Positions 9,165-21,357 of a stretch of DNA of 64,000 nucleotides are shown piece after piece. Source of the stretch: an uncultured Gammaproteobacteria bacterium (lineage in GTDB: Bacteria > Patescibacteriota > Patescibacteriia > S139-126); NCBI GenBank assembly GCA_964493305.1, contig CAZBLW010000001.1, forward strand, positions 113,484-177,483. The letters run 5' to 3'. Under the pieces are notes generated by a model. It was given only the letters and a program-made list of their open reading frames with translations. It did no database searches and was not told the DNA's origin. The translations under genes and the position numbers were made by a program. How positions within the stretch are numbered: the first letter of the stretch is position 1; every line of letters starts with the position of its first letter.

Positions 9165-10421
9165 ATGACCTGGAAACAAAAAATAAAAAAAATATTATCA
9201 CCAAGAGTCATTACTTTTTATCATAAACTCATTGCTATTTTGGCCAATATAATTTATCGTTTTCCGTCGCGACGTTTATTGGTGATTGGGGTAACTGGTA
9301 CCAAAGGAAAATCCACCACAGCCAATTTGATTTGGCAAATTTTAAATCAGGCTGGCAAGTCGACCGGTTTAATTACTACCGCCAATTTTCGTATCCAAAA
9401 GAAGGAATGGATCAATAGCACCAAAATGACCATGCCCGGTAGATTTAATTTACAAAAACTTTTACGTCGGATGGTAAAAGCTGGTTGTCAGTACGCAGTT
9501 ATTGAGACCTCTTCTGAGGGAATTAAACAATTTAGGCATTGGGGAATAAAATATCAAATTGGTGTTTTTACCAATTTATCACCGGAACATATTGAAGCTC
9601 ACGGCAGCTTTGCAAATTATCGAGCGGCAAAGGCAGAACTATTTAAAAATTTACAAGGACTGAAAATCAGTATTTTAAATAAAGATGATGAACATTTTTC
9701 TTTTTATAAAGCGCTACCTGCTAGTCAATATATTTATTATGGTATAAAAAATCAGACTGATTATTATCCGGTTAATTTACAACTTAAACCGACTGGTGCT
9801 CAATTTGAAGTTAAAGGACATAAAATCACGCTTAATTTACCTGGCATCTTCAACGTTTATAATGCTATGGCCGCCATTGCCACCGCCAAGTCCTTGCAAA
9901 TTAACTGGCAGGAAATTAGTCAGGCCTTGGCAGATTTTAAATACATGCCGGGTCGAATGGAAAAAATAAGCTCTCGCAAGGGATTTTTAGTTTATGTTGA
10001 TTATGCTCATACACCAGAAAGTTTAGAGTTGGTTTATCAAACTTTAAAACCGCAAGCCAAAAGATTGATTGCTGTTTTAGGTTCATGTGGTGGTGGTCGA
10101 GATAAAGCCAAGCGCCCGATATTAGGTAAGTTGGCAGCCAGTTATGCTCAGGTAGTAATTATTACCAATGAAGATCCCTACGATGAGGATCCCAAAAAAA
10201 TTATGGATGATGTTTTTGCCGGGACCATTAGTTTTCCCAGTGTTGAGGTTTATAAAATTGAAGATCGTCGCCAAGCCATCAAGCAAGCCGTGCAAATTGC
10301 TCAAGCCGGAGATATTGTGGTAATCAGTGGTAAAGGAAGTGAACAAGTAATTGTCACTGCAGCCGGGAAAATACCCTGGGATGACCGAACTGTGGTTAGG
10401 GAGTGTTTAGCTGAAATTTAA
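9165..10421 (+). CDS. Mur ligase family protein (MurE-like)
   Basis: Walker A GVTGTKGKST; DYAHTPESL motif typical of the Mur ligase C-domain. Confidence 0.6.
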   Translation: MTWKQKIKKILSPRVITFYHKLIAILANIIYRFPSRRLLVIGVTGTKGKSTTANLIWQILNQAGKSTGLITTANFRIQKKEWINSTKMTMPGRFNLQKLLRRMVKAGCQYAVIETSSEGIKQFRHWGIKYQIGVFTNLSPEHIEAHGSFANYRAAKAELFKNLQGLKISILNKDDEHFSFYKALPASQYIYYGIKNQTDYYPVNLQLKPTGAQFEVKGHKITLNLPGIFNVYNAMAAIATAKSLQINWQEISQALADFKYMPGRMEKISSRKGFLVYVDYAHTPESLELVYQTLKPQAKRLIAVLGSCGGGRDKAKRPILGKLAASYAQVVIITNEDPYDEDPKKIMDDVFAGTISFPSVEVYKIEDRRQAIKQAVQIAQAGDIVVISGKGSEQVIVTAAGKIPWDDRTVVRECLAEI

Positions 10422-10535
10422 TGTGGAAAAGTTGTTATAAAAAAATTGTCAATATTTTATATTTTTTCTTTTTTTTGGCTAATAATAAATAAAATTTAGC
10501 CAATATTGACATTATGACAATTTTAGTATCAAATA

Positions 10536-10570
10536 CTTGACTTCAAGCTCGTTTTTTGTTAAAGTTACCA
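10536..10570 (+). promoter_or_regulatory. Candidate sigma-70-type promoter upstream of rpoB
   Basis: TTGACT - 17 nt - TAAAGT in the 260-bp AT-rich intergenic region; preceded by three ATTGACA-like motifs arranged as an inverted repeat. Confidence 0.3.
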
Positions 10571-10682
10571 CATCGTGTTATTGTAAGTAAAAATTTTAGC
10601 TAACTTTACACAAATTGTGTTGATTTATTCAGCCTAAATTAAATATTAAAAACTCTTTTCTCTTTGGGAAGGAGTCATTTTT

Positions 10683-13600
10683 ATGTCTGTAAAAACCACT
10701 TTAAAAGAAAGGAAATATTTTACCAAATATAAGCAGGTATTAAAATTACCGGATTTAATTGAGGTACAGAAGAAATCATATGAATGGTTTTTTGCCGAAG
10801 GACTAAAAGAACTTTTTTCGGAAATAAACCCAATTAAGGATTTTATTGGGCGGGATTTAGAGCTTTATTTTACCGATTATTATTTGGATGATCCTAAGTT
10901 TGACGAACAAACTGCCAAAGAAAAAAACGTTACCTACGAATCACCTCTGCGTACGCAAGTGAGATTGGTCAATAAAAGAACTGGTGAAACCAAAGAACAA
11001 GAAATTTATTTGGGTGATTTTCCTTTAATGACTGACCGTGGCACATTTATAGTCAACGGTATTGAAAGAGTGGTAGTTTCCCAATTGATTCGCAGTGCTG
11101 GTGTATTCTTTACTACCAATGTAATTCGCAGTCGCAAATTTTATGGTGCCAAAATAATTCCTAACCGGGGAGCCTGGTTGGAAATTGAAACAGATATCAA
11201 TGACGTTCTCTATGTCAAAATTGATCGTAAAAGAAAAGTACCAATCACCGCTTTGTTACGAGCTTTTGGTTATGGTAGCGACGAACAAATTATCAATTTA
11301 TTCAAAGATGTAGACAATGATCCTCATCATCATTTTATTCAATCAACTCTAGATAAAGATGTAACCAAAAACGAAGATGACGGTTTGATCGAAGTGTATA
11401 AACGTATTCGGCCGGGAGATTTAGCAACGGCGGAAAACGCTAAGAGTTTAATTCACGCTATGTTTTTCCGATTTGATCGTTATGATTTTGGTCGCGTGGG
11501 TAGATACAAATTAAATCAACGCTTCAATATGCAAGTTGATAATACACCTGACAATCGGGTGTTGCGTCGCGAAGATTTAATTATGATCATCAAGGAAATT
11601 ATTCGTTTAAATATTTTACAAGAGGCAGCTGATGATATTGATCACTTGGGCAATCGTCGTGTTAGAGCGGTTGGTGAATTGATTCAAAATAAATTTAGGG
11701 TTGGTATGACTCGTATGGAAAGGATAGTCAGAGATCGGATGTCTACTCTTGATATCAATACCTTAACTCCTAACCAGTTGATTAATGCTCGACCATTGAT
11801 TGGTGCGATTAAAGAGTTTTTTATGTCTTCGCAGTTATCTCAGTTTATGGATCAAACCAATCCTTTGGCGGAATTGGAACATAAGCGTCGTTTGTCGGCC
11901 ATGGGACCTGGTGGTCTTTCTCGCGAAAGAGCTGGTTTTGAAGTACGCGATGTTCACCAAACTCATTATGGTAGAATTTGTCCAATTGCTACTCCCGAAG
12001 GTCCGAACATTGGTTTGGTGGGCCATTTAGCTAGTTATGCTCGAGTCAATGAATTTGGTTTTATAGAAACTCCATATCGTCATATCTTAAAAGAAGTTAA
12101 CAATGACCCCAAATTAACTGTTGGCGAAATTGTTCGTGAAGATATTGTCGATCCCAAAACCAATAAATTAATTTTGAAAAAAGGTGAAAAAATATCTAAA
12201 GAGTCAGCTCAAGTTTTAGCTAAAAGCGGTGTCAAGAAAGTATTGGTTAAGCCCCGAGTAACTGATGAGATTGATTATTTTGATGCTTTTTCTGAAGATC
12301 GAGTTACCACTGTGCCCGCTACTATCAGACTGGATGATGATGGTTATTTTGTTGATCAGTGGGTTGAAGCTCGGGTAGGACAAAAGCCTACTATTGTTGA
12401 AGCTGATTCAGTTGATTATATGGATGTATCACCCAAACAAATTTTGTCAGTATCAACTTCTTTGATTCCTTTTGTTGAACATGATGACGCGGTGAGAGCT
12501 TTGATGGGAACAAACATGCAACGTCAGGCAGTTTCTGTGGTTAAACCCGAAGCGCCCATGGTTGGTACTGGAGTGGAAAGACGTGCTGCTCATGATTCCG
12601 GACATACTATTATATCAGCGGAAGAGGGTGAGGTAGTTGAAGTAGATGCCCAACATATCGTGGTAAAAAATAAAGAAGGTAAAACCAAGGAATATCGTTT
12701 AGGCAAATTTTTACGATCCAATGCCTCTACCTGTATGAATCAGATTGTAACAGTTTATTTAGGACAAAAAGTAAAAGCTGGTGATGTGTTGGCAGATGGT
12801 CCGGCAACTCAAGGTGGAGAATTGGCTTTGGGGCAAAATATGTTAATAGCTTTTATGACTTGGGAAGGTGGCAACTATGAAGACGCGGTCTTGATTTCGG
12901 AAAAGGTAGTGCGGGATGATCGTTATAGTTCTATTCATATTACTGATTACACTATTGATGTGAGAGATACAAAACTAGGTCCCGAGGTTATTACTCGTGA
13001 TATACCCAATGTCGGTGATGAGAAATTAAAGGATTTGGATGAGGACGGTATTATTCGAATTGGTGCTGAGGTATCATCAGGTGATATTTTAGTGGGTAAA
13101 ATTACTCCCAAAGGTGAAACCGAGTTGTCTGCTGAAGAAAAATTATTGCGAGCAATCTTTGGTGAAAAGGCCAAAGATGTAAGAGATTCTTCTTTGTATT
13201 TAGAACATGGTGAGCATGGTAAGGTAGTGGATATAAAAATATTTTCTAGAGAAAATGGTGATAAACTTTCTGCCGGGGTAATTAAAACTATCCAAGTTTC
13301 AGTAGCTTCCTTACGCAAAGTTCAAGTTGGTGATAAAATGGCCGGTCGTCATGGCAATAAAGGTGTGATTTCTCGCATTGTTCCTGAAGAAGATATGCCA
13401 TTTTTACCCGATGGTACTCCCATTGATATTATGTTAAATCCCTTGGGTATTGTTTCACGTATGAATTTGGGCCAGCTCTTAGAAGTTCATCTTGGTTATG
13501 CTGCCAGTAAGTTGGGCTACAATGTTGCTTCACCTTCTTTAGACGGAGTAACAGTTGCAGAAATAAAATCAGAATTAAAAGACGCTAAATTACCACTGGA

Positions 13601-14066
13601 TGGCAAGATACAGTTGTATGATGGACGTACTGGTAAACCCTTCCAAAACAAAACTACGGTTGGCATTATGTATATGTTGAAATTGAATCATTTGGTTGAA
13701 GATAAAATTCACCAACGTTCAATCGGACCTTATTCTTTGGTCACTCAGCAGCCGTTGGGTGGTAAAGCCCAATTTGGTGGACAGCGTTTTGGCGAAATGG
13801 AAGTTTGGGCCTTGGAAGCTTATGGAGCCTCTTATAGTTTACAAGAAATGTTAACTATCAAATCGGACGATGTACCAGGTAGAAGTAAGGCTTACGAATC
13901 AATTATCAAAGGTGAAGCAATTGAAAAATTAAATATTCCAGAGTCATTTAATGTTTTGGTTAGAGAGTTGAAAGGTTTAGGTCTGGAAGTTGAACTACTG
14001 AAAGACGGTCGGGTAGTTCAAACCGATAGTGAATCGGAAGAAAAAAAGTCAGTCAGAAAAAAGTAA
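10683..14066 (+). CDS. rpoB: DNA-directed RNA polymerase subunit beta
   Basis: 1127 aa with canonical RpoB motifs (e.g. [12 protein letters not shown]). Confidence 0.95.
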   Translation: MSVKTTLKERKYFTKYKQVLKLPDLIEVQKKSYEWFFAEGLKELFSEINPIKDFIGRDLELYFTDYYLDDPKFDEQTAKEKNVTYESPLRTQVRLVNKRTGETKEQEIYLGDFPLMTDRGTFIVNGIERVVVSQLIRSAGVFFTTNVIRSRKFYGAKIIPNRGAWLEIETDINDVLYVKIDRKRKVPITALLRAFGYGSDEQIINLFKDVDNDPHHHFIQSTLDKDVTKNEDDGLIEVYKRIRPGDLATAENAKSLIHAMFFRFDRYDFGRVGRYKLNQRFNMQVDNTPDNRVLRREDLIMIIKEIIRLNILQEAADDIDHLGNRRVRAVGELIQNKFRVGMTRMERIVRDRMSTLDINTLTPNQLINARPLIGAIKEFFMSSQLSQFMDQTNPLAELEHKRRLSAMGPGGLSRERAGFEVRDVHQTHYGRICPIATPEGPNIGLVGHLASYARVNEFGFIETPYRHILKEVNNDPKLTVGEIVREDIVDPKTNKLILKKGEKISKESAQVLAKSGVKKVLVKPRVTDEIDYFDAFSEDRVTTVPATIRLDDDGYFVDQWVEARVGQKPTIVEADSVDYMDVSPKQILSVSTSLIPFVEHDDAVRALMGTNMQRQAVSVVKPEAPMVGTGVERRAAHDSGHTIISAEEGEVVEVDAQHIVVKNKEGKTKEYRLGKFLRSNASTCMNQIVTVYLGQKVKAGDVLADGPATQGGELALGQNMLIAFMTWEGGNYEDAVLISEKVVRDDRYSSIHITDYTIDVRDTKLGPEVITRDIPNVGDEKLKDLDEDGIIRIGAEVSSGDILVGKITPKGETELSAEEKLLRAIFGEKAKDVRDSSLYLEHGEHGKVVDIKIFSRENGDKLSAGVIKTIQVSVASLRKVQVGDKMAGRHGNKGVISRIVPEEDMPFLPDGTPIDIMLNPLGIVSRMNLGQLLEVHLGYAASKLGYNVASPSLDGVTVAEIKSELKDAKLPLDGKIQLYDGRTGKPFQNKTTVGIMYMLKLNHLVEDKIHQRSIGPYSLVTQQPLGGKAQFGGQRFGEMEVWALEAYGASYSLQEMLTIKSDDVPGRSKAYESIIKGEAIEKLNIPESFNVLVRELKGLGLEVELLKDGRVVQTDSESEEKKSVRKK

Positions 14067-14083
14067 GTTACTAAAAAAAATTT

Positions 14084-17000
14084 ATGTCACATCCTTCAAC
14101 TACCAAAACTATTTCTACACTTTTCCACGAAGGCGGAAAAGAATTGGAATTCAATGCCATTAGGTTAAGGTTAGCTTCACCAACCGATATTCATCGTTGG
14201 TCAAAAGGGGAAGTAACCAAACCGGAAACTATAAATTATCGTACTCAAAAACCGGAAAAAGACGGTCTATTTTGTGAGCGTATTTTTGGTCCTACCAAGG
14301 ATTGGGAATGTTACTGCGGTAAATACAAAAAAATTAGATATAAAGGAATAATTTGTGATAAGTGCGGAGTAGAAGTAACCAGAAGTTTTGTGCGACGTGA
14401 ACGCATGGGTCATATTGATTTAGCAGCCCCAGTAGCCCATATCTGGTTTTTACGCGGCATTCCTTCACGTATCGGTTTGATGTTGGATATGTCAGCTCAA
14501 GAGTTGGAAAAAGTTGTTTACTTTGCCAATTTTATTATTACTGATGTTGATGAAACACAAAAATCACAATTGTTGGAGCAAATTGCCAATGAGTTTAAAG
14601 GTAAACAAAAAAGTATTGAAGCGGAAACCAGACAGGCAATTGACAATTTAAATAAAGACAAAGCAAAAACTTTTGCTGATATAAATAAAGAAACCATTAA
14701 GTATAAGAAATTGGTTGAAGATTTTGACAATAAAGAGGCGTTGATTCTAGAAAATAAAAATAAGAAATTAAAAGAGTTGGAAAAAGCAGTAAAAATTGCT
14801 CGCAGAGAATTGGAGGAATTGATCGTTAAAAAAGTAATTTCTGAGCATACTTACCAAGATTTATCTTTGAAATACGGACATATTTTCGAAGCTTATATTG
14901 GCGCTGAGGCCATCCACAAAATTTTATCAACGATTGATTTATCTATTTTAGTAAAACAATTAGAACAAGATGTAGTTGAGTCGCACGGCGCTAAGAGAAA
15001 AAAAATTCATCGTCGCTTACAATTAGTTAAAAGTTTGATTCGCAATAATATTCGACCCGAGGATATGGTGTTGACAGTTATTCCAGTTATCCCACCAGAT
15101 CTAAGACCAATGGTACCATTGGACGGTGGTAGATTTGCTACTTCCGATTTAAATGATTTATACCGTCGGGTTATCAATCGTAATAATCGTTTGAAAAGAT
15201 TGATCGAATTAAACGCGCCCGAAGTTATTCAACGCAACGAAAAACGTATGTTACAGGAAGCGGTTGATGCTTTGATTGATAATTCTGCCAGACACGGTAA
15301 AACAGTAACTGCTTCTACCGGTCAAAAACGTCAACTAAAATCCATCGCTGACATGTTAAAAGGTAAGCAAGGTAGATTTAGACAAAATTTACTTGGTAAG
15401 CGCGTAGATTATTCTGGACGTAGCGTGATTGTGGCTGGTTCCCATTTACAAATGCATCAGTGCGGTATTCCCAAAATGATGGCTTTGGAACTTTTTAAAC
15501 CGTTTGTAATTTCTCAATTGATCAAGGATGAGTATGTACATAATGTACGTAGCGCCAATCGCTATATTGAAGCTGGTCACTCAGAAGTGTGGGACATTTT
15601 AGAAAATATTACCAACAATAGTCATGTGATGCTCAACCGAGCGCCAACACTTCACCGACTTGGTATTCAAGCTTTTCAACCAGTGTTGATTGAAGGAAAA
15701 GCTATTCAGTTACATCCTTTGGTTTGTACCGCTTTTAATGCTGATTTTGATGGCGATCAAATGGCTGTTCATGTACCTTTGACGGAAGAAGCTAAAACTG
15801 AAGCTGCGGAAATTATGCTGTCAGCAAAAAATTTATTAAAACCAGCTACTGGTGACCCAGTGGTTACTCCCAATCAAGATATTGTTTGGGGGGCTTACTA
15901 TATGACTTTTATTAATCCTTACACTGATGAAAAGTTGATAAAATATTATGCTTCTTTTACGGAAGCAAAAATGGCTTATGATGCTGGTAAAATAAATTTG
16001 CGAGATGCTATTAAAATAAAAATTGCTGGTCAGTTTGTAATTACCTCAGTCGGTCGTATTTTGTTCAACGAAGTAATGCCCCAGGGTACCATTTTTATTA
16101 ATCAGTTAGTTGATAAAAAGGTGATTCGTGGTATTGTCAGTGATATTATTGATCATCATGGTTTTACTATTGCGGCAAAAACTTTTGATGACATAAAAAA
16201 TTTAGCTTTCAATTATATTACTCAATCAGGCTGGTCTTGGGGGATGGATGATTTACAGATATCTAAAGAAAAATCTGATTTGATGAAATTAGCTGAAGAA
16301 CAGGTTAAAGAAATTTTTTCTCAGTATGAACAAGGTTTATTGACCAATGAAGAACGTCGGGAAAAAGTAATTGATGTATGGACCGAAGTAAAAAATAAAG
16401 TTACCGCTGAAAGTAAAAAAGTGATTGATACCAACGGACCAGTCAGTTCAATGATTGAATCAGGCGCCAGAGGTTCCTGGGGCCAATTGACTCAAATAAT
16501 CGGTATGAAGGGATTGGTGATTAACCCGGCTGGTGATATTATCGAATTGCCAGTGAAATCAAATTTTAAAGAAGGATTTGATGTTTTGGAATATTTTATA
16601 TCCACTCACGGAGCGCGTAAAGGTTTATCTGATACAGCTTTGCGAACAGCCAATGCGGGTTATTTGACTAGAAGATTAATTGACGTTGCTCAGGATATGG
16701 TAGTTCAGGAAGAAGATTGCGGTGACGAAGAAGGTACTTTAGTCACCAAAGTTGATTCGGAAAATATGGGTGAAAATATTGCCAATCGTTTATTTGGCCG
16801 AGTAGTTTTAGAAAATATCAAAGATAAAAATGGTAAAGTAATTGTTAAAAAAGGTGAAACCGTAGGTAAGACTCAAGTTAAACAAATTTCCGACTTGGAG
16901 CTTGAACAGGTAAAAATTAGATCAGTTTATAGTTGTCGTTCGTTGCATGGGATTTGTGCAAAATGTTACGGTTTCGATTTAGCATACAACGAACCGGTAA

Positions 17001-17998
17001 AGATTGGTGCAGCGGTTGGTATTATGGCTGCTCAATCAATTGGTGAACCAGGTACACAGTTGACCATGCGTACATTTCACACTGGTGGTGTAGCCGGTGA
17101 GTCAGACGTGACTCAAGGTTTACCTAGAGTAGAAGAAATTTTTGAAGGTCGCAGTCCTAAGAAAAAGGCTTTTATGAGTGATGTTAGGGGACGGGTCAGT
17201 ATTGAAAGACAACCAAAACAAAAAATTGTCAAAGTAGCCTTTGATGAACCACAGGTAGTAACTTATAAATTGGATGATTTTCAAAATATTAAACTTAGAG
17301 TCAAAGATAAAGATGATGTAACAGCAGGTGATACCATTTTGGTTAGCAGTGATCGCAAAGTAAAAGCAGATTTTAGTGGCCAGGTGAAAGTAACCAAAGA
17401 AGAAGTTGTCTTAGTAGGTGATAAGGGTAGTGTTAAAGAATGGATTATACCTAATGCCTACAATTTAGTAATTGAAGACGGTCAGTTAATCAACGTTGGT
17501 GATGCTATTACCGAAGGTTCACTTGATCTTCATGACCTTTATCGTTTAAAAGGAAAAGAAGCTGTACAAAAATATATTTTGAAGGAAATTCAGTTTATTT
17601 ATACATCCCAAGGTCAGAATTTAAATGACAAACATATCGAAATAATTATTAGACAAATGTTTTCTAGAATTTTGGTTAAAGATCCGGGTGATACCAATTT
17701 ATTGACTGGCGAAGTAGTGGAAAGTTGGGTATTTAGACAAGCCAATGAAAATCTGAAAAAAGGTAAAACTTCAGCCAAAGGCGAAGAACTGTTACTAGGT
17801 ATTACAAAGTCATCTTTGACGGTAGAATCGTGGTTATCAGCCGCCTCCTTTCAAGAAACAGCCAGGGTTTTAATCAGCGCAGCTATTACCGGTCAAGTCG
17901 ATTATTTGCGAGGATTAAAAGAAAATGTAATTATTGGTCGTTTAATTCCGGCTGGTACCGGTTTTGGCAAGTATGCTAAACCTAAACGTATAGAATAG
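14084..17998 (+). CDS. rpoC: DNA-directed RNA polymerase subunit beta'
   Basis: 1304 aa; zinc-binding CxxC...CxxC near the N-terminus; NADFDGD catalytic motif. Confidence 0.95.
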   Translation: MSHPSTTKTISTLFHEGGKELEFNAIRLRLASPTDIHRWSKGEVTKPETINYRTQKPEKDGLFCERIFGPTKDWECYCGKYKKIRYKGIICDKCGVEVTRSFVRRERMGHIDLAAPVAHIWFLRGIPSRIGLMLDMSAQELEKVVYFANFIITDVDETQKSQLLEQIANEFKGKQKSIEAETRQAIDNLNKDKAKTFADINKETIKYKKLVEDFDNKEALILENKNKKLKELEKAVKIARRELEELIVKKVISEHTYQDLSLKYGHIFEAYIGAEAIHKILSTIDLSILVKQLEQDVVESHGAKRKKIHRRLQLVKSLIRNNIRPEDMVLTVIPVIPPDLRPMVPLDGGRFATSDLNDLYRRVINRNNRLKRLIELNAPEVIQRNEKRMLQEAVDALIDNSARHGKTVTASTGQKRQLKSIADMLKGKQGRFRQNLLGKRVDYSGRSVIVAGSHLQMHQCGIPKMMALELFKPFVISQLIKDEYVHNVRSANRYIEAGHSEVWDILENITNNSHVMLNRAPTLHRLGIQAFQPVLIEGKAIQLHPLVCTAFNADFDGDQMAVHVPLTEEAKTEAAEIMLSAKNLLKPATGDPVVTPNQDIVWGAYYMTFINPYTDEKLIKYYASFTEAKMAYDAGKINLRDAIKIKIAGQFVITSVGRILFNEVMPQGTIFINQLVDKKVIRGIVSDIIDHHGFTIAAKTFDDIKNLAFNYITQSGWSWGMDDLQISKEKSDLMKLAEEQVKEIFSQYEQGLLTNEERREKVIDVWTEVKNKVTAESKKVIDTNGPVSSMIESGARGSWGQLTQIIGMKGLVINPAGDIIELPVKSNFKEGFDVLEYFISTHGARKGLSDTALRTANAGYLTRRLIDVAQDMVVQEEDCGDEEGTLVTKVDSENMGENIANRLFGRVVLENIKDKNGKVIVKKGETVGKTQVKQISDLELEQVKIRSVYSCRSLHGICAKCYGFDLAYNEPVKIGAAVGIMAAQSIGEPGTQLTMRTFHTGGVAGESDVTQGLPRVEEIFEGRSPKKKAFMSDVRGRVSIERQPKQKIVKVAFDEPQVVTYKLDDFQNIKLRVKDKDDVTAGDTILVSSDRKVKADFSGQVKVTKEEVVLVGDKGSVKEWIIPNAYNLVIEDGQLINVGDAITEGSLDLHDLYRLKGKEAVQKYILKEIQFIYTSQGQNLNDKHIEIIIRQMFSRILVKDPGDTNLLTGEVVESWVFRQANENLKKGKTSAKGEELLLGITKSSLTVESWLSAASFQETARVLISAAITGQVDYLRGLKENVIIGRLIPAGTGFGKYAKPKRIE

Positions 17999-18030
17999 TT
18001 TTAATTTTGATCTTTTTAGATATAAAAAAT

Positions 18031-18059
18031 AATCCCGCAAAAAGCGGGATTATTTTTTT
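18031..18059. terminator. Bidirectional rho-independent terminator (rpoC / trpS)
   Basis: aatcccgc-aaaaa-gcgggatt followed by a T-tract. Confidence 0.6.
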
Positions 18060-18072
18060 AGGTAAATTATAT

Positions 18073-19053
18073 TTATAATAAACCGATTAACTTCTTAATT
18101 TCCTGTAAATTTTTACTGGCTATAGCTCGAGCTTTTTGAGCGCCAGTTTGTAAAATTTTATTAACTTCCTGGTCAGATATATTTTTATAATTATTTTGGA
18201 TTGGTTGCAAAGTTTGATTGATAGCATCGCTGATAGCAGTTTTTAATTCAACATATTTTAAACTACCCCGTTTGTATTCTTTAAGTAGTTGCTCGTGGGT
18301 GGTAGTTTGGTCTAAATATTCCAGCAAAGCAAAAAGATTTTTTACCCCAGCTGACATAGTTTTTGTTTGAGGTCCGGTATCAGTAACCGCTCGAGAAACT
18401 TTTTTAACTACGGTATCAGCATTATCAAGTAAAGATATATAACTTGCATCACCTAGTTCTTTACTCATCTTTTTATCAGGCATTTGTAAAGACATGATTC
18501 TTTTTGCAGGTGTTACCAGGCCCTGTGGCTCAGTAAAGTATTGTCCGTAACGTTGATTGAATTTTCTAACAATCAATCTCGTGAGCTCCAAATGTTGTAA
18601 TTGGTCTTCCCCGACCGGTACGACTTGCGCATGATAAAGTAAAATATCAGCTGCCATTAGAGCCGGATAATCAAATAATCCCATGTTGATATTTTTTTTG
18701 TGGGTCAGGGCTTTGTCTTTGTATTGGGTCATACGTTCCATTTCCGCAACCGGCACTAAACAATTGAAAATCCAAGCTAGTTCTGTATGTTCCGGTACTT
18801 GCGATTGAACAAATAAAATAACTTTGTCAGGGTCTAGACCAATAGCCAGTAAAATTTTAGCCAGAGTCAGAGAGTTGGCAGTCAGTTCGGCAGGTTTGAT
18901 TGCAATGGTTAAGGCGTGATAATCAACTACCGCATAAATGGCTTGATAATCTTTTTGTAAAACTACCCAATTTTTTAAAGCGCCCAAGTAGTTGCCTAAA
19001 TGCGGGGTGCCAGTTGGTTTGATACCGGAAAAAAGGATTGGTATTTTTTTCAT
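18073..19053 (-). CDS. trpS: Tryptophan--tRNA ligase
   Basis: 326 aa; class I HIGH-like (TPHLGN) and KMSKS motifs. Confidence 0.8.
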   Translation of the reverse strand: MKKIPILFSGIKPTGTPHLGNYLGALKNWVVLQKDYQAIYAVVDYHALTIAIKPAELTANSLTLAKILLAIGLDPDKVILFVQSQVPEHTELAWIFNCLVPVAEMERMTQYKDKALTHKKNINMGLFDYPALMAADILLYHAQVVPVGEDQLQHLELTRLIVRKFNQRYGQYFTEPQGLVTPAKRIMSLQMPDKKMSKELGDASYISLLDNADTVVKKVSRAVTDTGPQTKTMSAGVKNLFALLEYLDQTTTHEQLLKEYKRGSLKYVELKTAISDAINQTLQPIQNNYKNISDQEVNKILQTGAQKARAIASKNLQEIKKLIGLL

Positions 19054-19212
19054 AATTATTCTTTATTTTTATATTGTAACTTTTTATTTTAAGATTGACA
19101 AACAAAGTAAAGGTATATTTTTATAAACAACAACCGTTCCTGGTTGGAACGGCTGTTATAAAATAAAGTAAATTCTGAGTAAAATATTTGGTCAGTTGAA
19201 GATAGTTGGGTG

Positions 19213-21087
19213 CTAAACTTCAATTATTACCGGTAAGATCAGGGGGCGTCGCTCAGTTTTTTGGAATAAGAATTTTCCCAAGTCATTGCGCAGTTTTTCT
19301 TTCAAGAAAGTTTGATTGGCGCTAGTCCTTGGATCTTTGTCTTTCAAGATTTCCCGAGCTTTTTTGCGGGTATCTTCAACCAATTTTTTATTTTCCTTCA
19401 TATAGATAAAACCACGAGAGATAATATCAGGATTACCTATTAATCCTCCAGTTTTACTATCAACTGTAGCGATAATTACCAACATACCCTCACCAGCCAT
19501 TACTTGTCGGTCGCGTAGTACCACATTGGAAATATCACCAATTCCCAAACCATCAACAAAAACATAGTCAGTATTTATTGAACCGTGTATCAGATTTGTT
19601 TTGTGGTTATAAATTTCAAAAATAGAACCATTATCAAGCACGGCAACTTTATCTTTGGCAAAACCTTCATGATAAGCTAGTTTGGCAGCTTCTTTTAAGA
19701 AGTAATGATTGGCATAGACTGGTAAAAAATAATCCGGTTTAATTTCTTTGAGCATTTCAATAATATCAGGTATGGAACTATGACCAGATGAATGAACATC
19801 CATAATGTCTGAGTGGATGACATTATCACTTAAGCGATACAGATTATCTTTCAATCTTTGAATTGATCTTTCATTTCCAGGTATTACCGAAGAAGAAAAC
19901 ACGATCGTATCGGTTTTTTGAATTTTTATATATTTATGTGATCCTTGAATTATCCGATGCAAAACCGCTTGACTTTCACCTTGAGCACCTGTGCAGATAA
20001 CGATTATACGTTTGTCAGGATAATCAGCAATGCGATCAATAGTTATAAGTGTGTCTTTTTTAATTTTGATATAACCTAATTCTTTAGCTACTTCTACATT
20101 TAGACGCATGCTGTATCCATCCAAAGCAACTTTTTTGCCAATTTTTTCGGCGTATTCCAAAATTTCTTTGATTCTTTGGATTTGTGAGGAAAAAGTAGCA
20201 ATAATTGTTCTGCCTGCAGCTTCCGAGATTATTTTTTGCAAATTGGCATGCATTATCTTTTCTGAAATTCTTTGTTTTTGCGAAGTTGAACCTAAACTCT
20301 CTAACAATAAAATTGACGGTCGTTTAACTTTGGCCAATTGGTGGTAAGTCACTGGTTGTCCTCGCAAAGGATCTTTTTCCAATGCCCAATCTCCAGGATG
20401 TAAGACGGTTCCCTGGGGTGTTTCAAGAATAACACCCATCGCGTCCATAATCGAATGTTCTACTTGGAAAAAACCAACTTTAAATCCACCCAAAGTAATT
20501 TTTTGTTCTAAATTTTTTATGGCTAAGGTTTTTAATTTTTGCGAAGAACCTTTTTTATAGTCTTCCTGACGATGTTTGACTAAAGCCAAAGTAAGATCTC
20601 GGCCGATGATTAAGGGATTGCCTAATTTTTCCAGTAAAATTGGGGCGGCGCCAATATGATCCAAGTGACCATGACTAAATATTACCGCTCGGATATTTTT
20701 TTCCTTACCTTTTAGATAGGAAATATTGGGAATAATATAATCAATACCCGGCATATCTTCTTCAGGAAATTGGAGTCCCATATCCAAAACAACAATATCT
20801 TGACCATATTCAAAGACAGTCATATTTCGACCAACCTCTTCCTGACCACCCAAAGGTATAATCCGTAATTTTTTTTCTGATTTAACCAATTTAGTATCCA
20901 AAATTTTAGTTGGTTTTTTACTAATGGCGTGGGTCAGTGGTTTGTTGTAAATTTTTTGTTTACCAAAATTCATTCGGTTGGATTTTTTTCTCTGCGAATT
21001 TTTTTTATGGAAAACTTGATTTTTTTGTTTTTTGGCCGTACTGGTAAGTAGGTTACTTGTGGTATCAGCCAGTGCATTCACATTCAT
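19213..21087 (-). CDS. rnj: Ribonuclease J (beta-CASP metallo-beta-lactamase)
   Basis: HGHLDHIG motif; beta-CASP architecture; ~70-aa Lys-rich N-terminal extension. Confidence 0.8.
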   Translation of the reverse strand: MNVNALADTTSNLLTSTAKKQKNQVFHKKNSQRKKSNRMNFGKQKIYNKPLTHAISKKPTKILDTKLVKSEKKLRIIPLGGQEEVGRNMTVFEYGQDIVVLDMGLQFPEEDMPGIDYIIPNISYLKGKEKNIRAVIFSHGHLDHIGAAPILLEKLGNPLIIGRDLTLALVKHRQEDYKKGSSQKLKTLAIKNLEQKITLGGFKVGFFQVEHSIMDAMGVILETPQGTVLHPGDWALEKDPLRGQPVTYHQLAKVKRPSILLLESLGSTSQKQRISEKIMHANLQKIISEAAGRTIIATFSSQIQRIKEILEYAEKIGKKVALDGYSMRLNVEVAKELGYIKIKKDTLITIDRIADYPDKRIIVICTGAQGESQAVLHRIIQGSHKYIKIQKTDTIVFSSSVIPGNERSIQRLKDNLYRLSDNVIHSDIMDVHSSGHSSIPDIIEMLKEIKPDYFLPVYANHYFLKEAAKLAYHEGFAKDKVAVLDNGSIFEIYNHKTNLIHGSINTDYVFVDGLGIGDISNVVLRDRQVMAGEGMLVIIATVDSKTGGLIGNPDIISRGFIYMKENKKLVEDTRKKAREILKDKDPRTSANQTFLKEKLRNDLGKFLFQKTERRPLILPVIIEV

Positions 21088-21249
21088 AATTTATAGATTT
21101 AATTTTTAATTATTATTGAGTACCAGTAATTACTGGTTTATTATTAGTTGAATTATTATTTTGTTTTAATTAATTAGTTACTTAATATATCGTCTCATCA
21201 AGCTTTAGGTGGGGCTAAAAAGCTAAGTTTATCAATAACCAAGCAAGCT

Positions 21250-21338
21250 TGGTGCCGAAGGGGAGACTCGAACTCCCATGGACTTTAGGTCCACATGGCC
21301 CTGAACCATGCGTGTCTACCAATTCCACCACTTCGGCA
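21250..21338 (-). tRNA. tRNA-Leu (anticodon CAG)
   Basis: Minus strand: GCCGAAGTGGTGGAATTGGTAGACAC..., long variable arm, anticodon loop TTCAGGG, CCA. Confidence 0.8.
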
Positions 21339-21357
21339 AGTTAGAGCTAGTCGTTAC

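Noticed and set aside
12947-13318. 123-aa antisense ORF inside rpoB
   Set aside because: Embedded antisense ORF with no independent signals.
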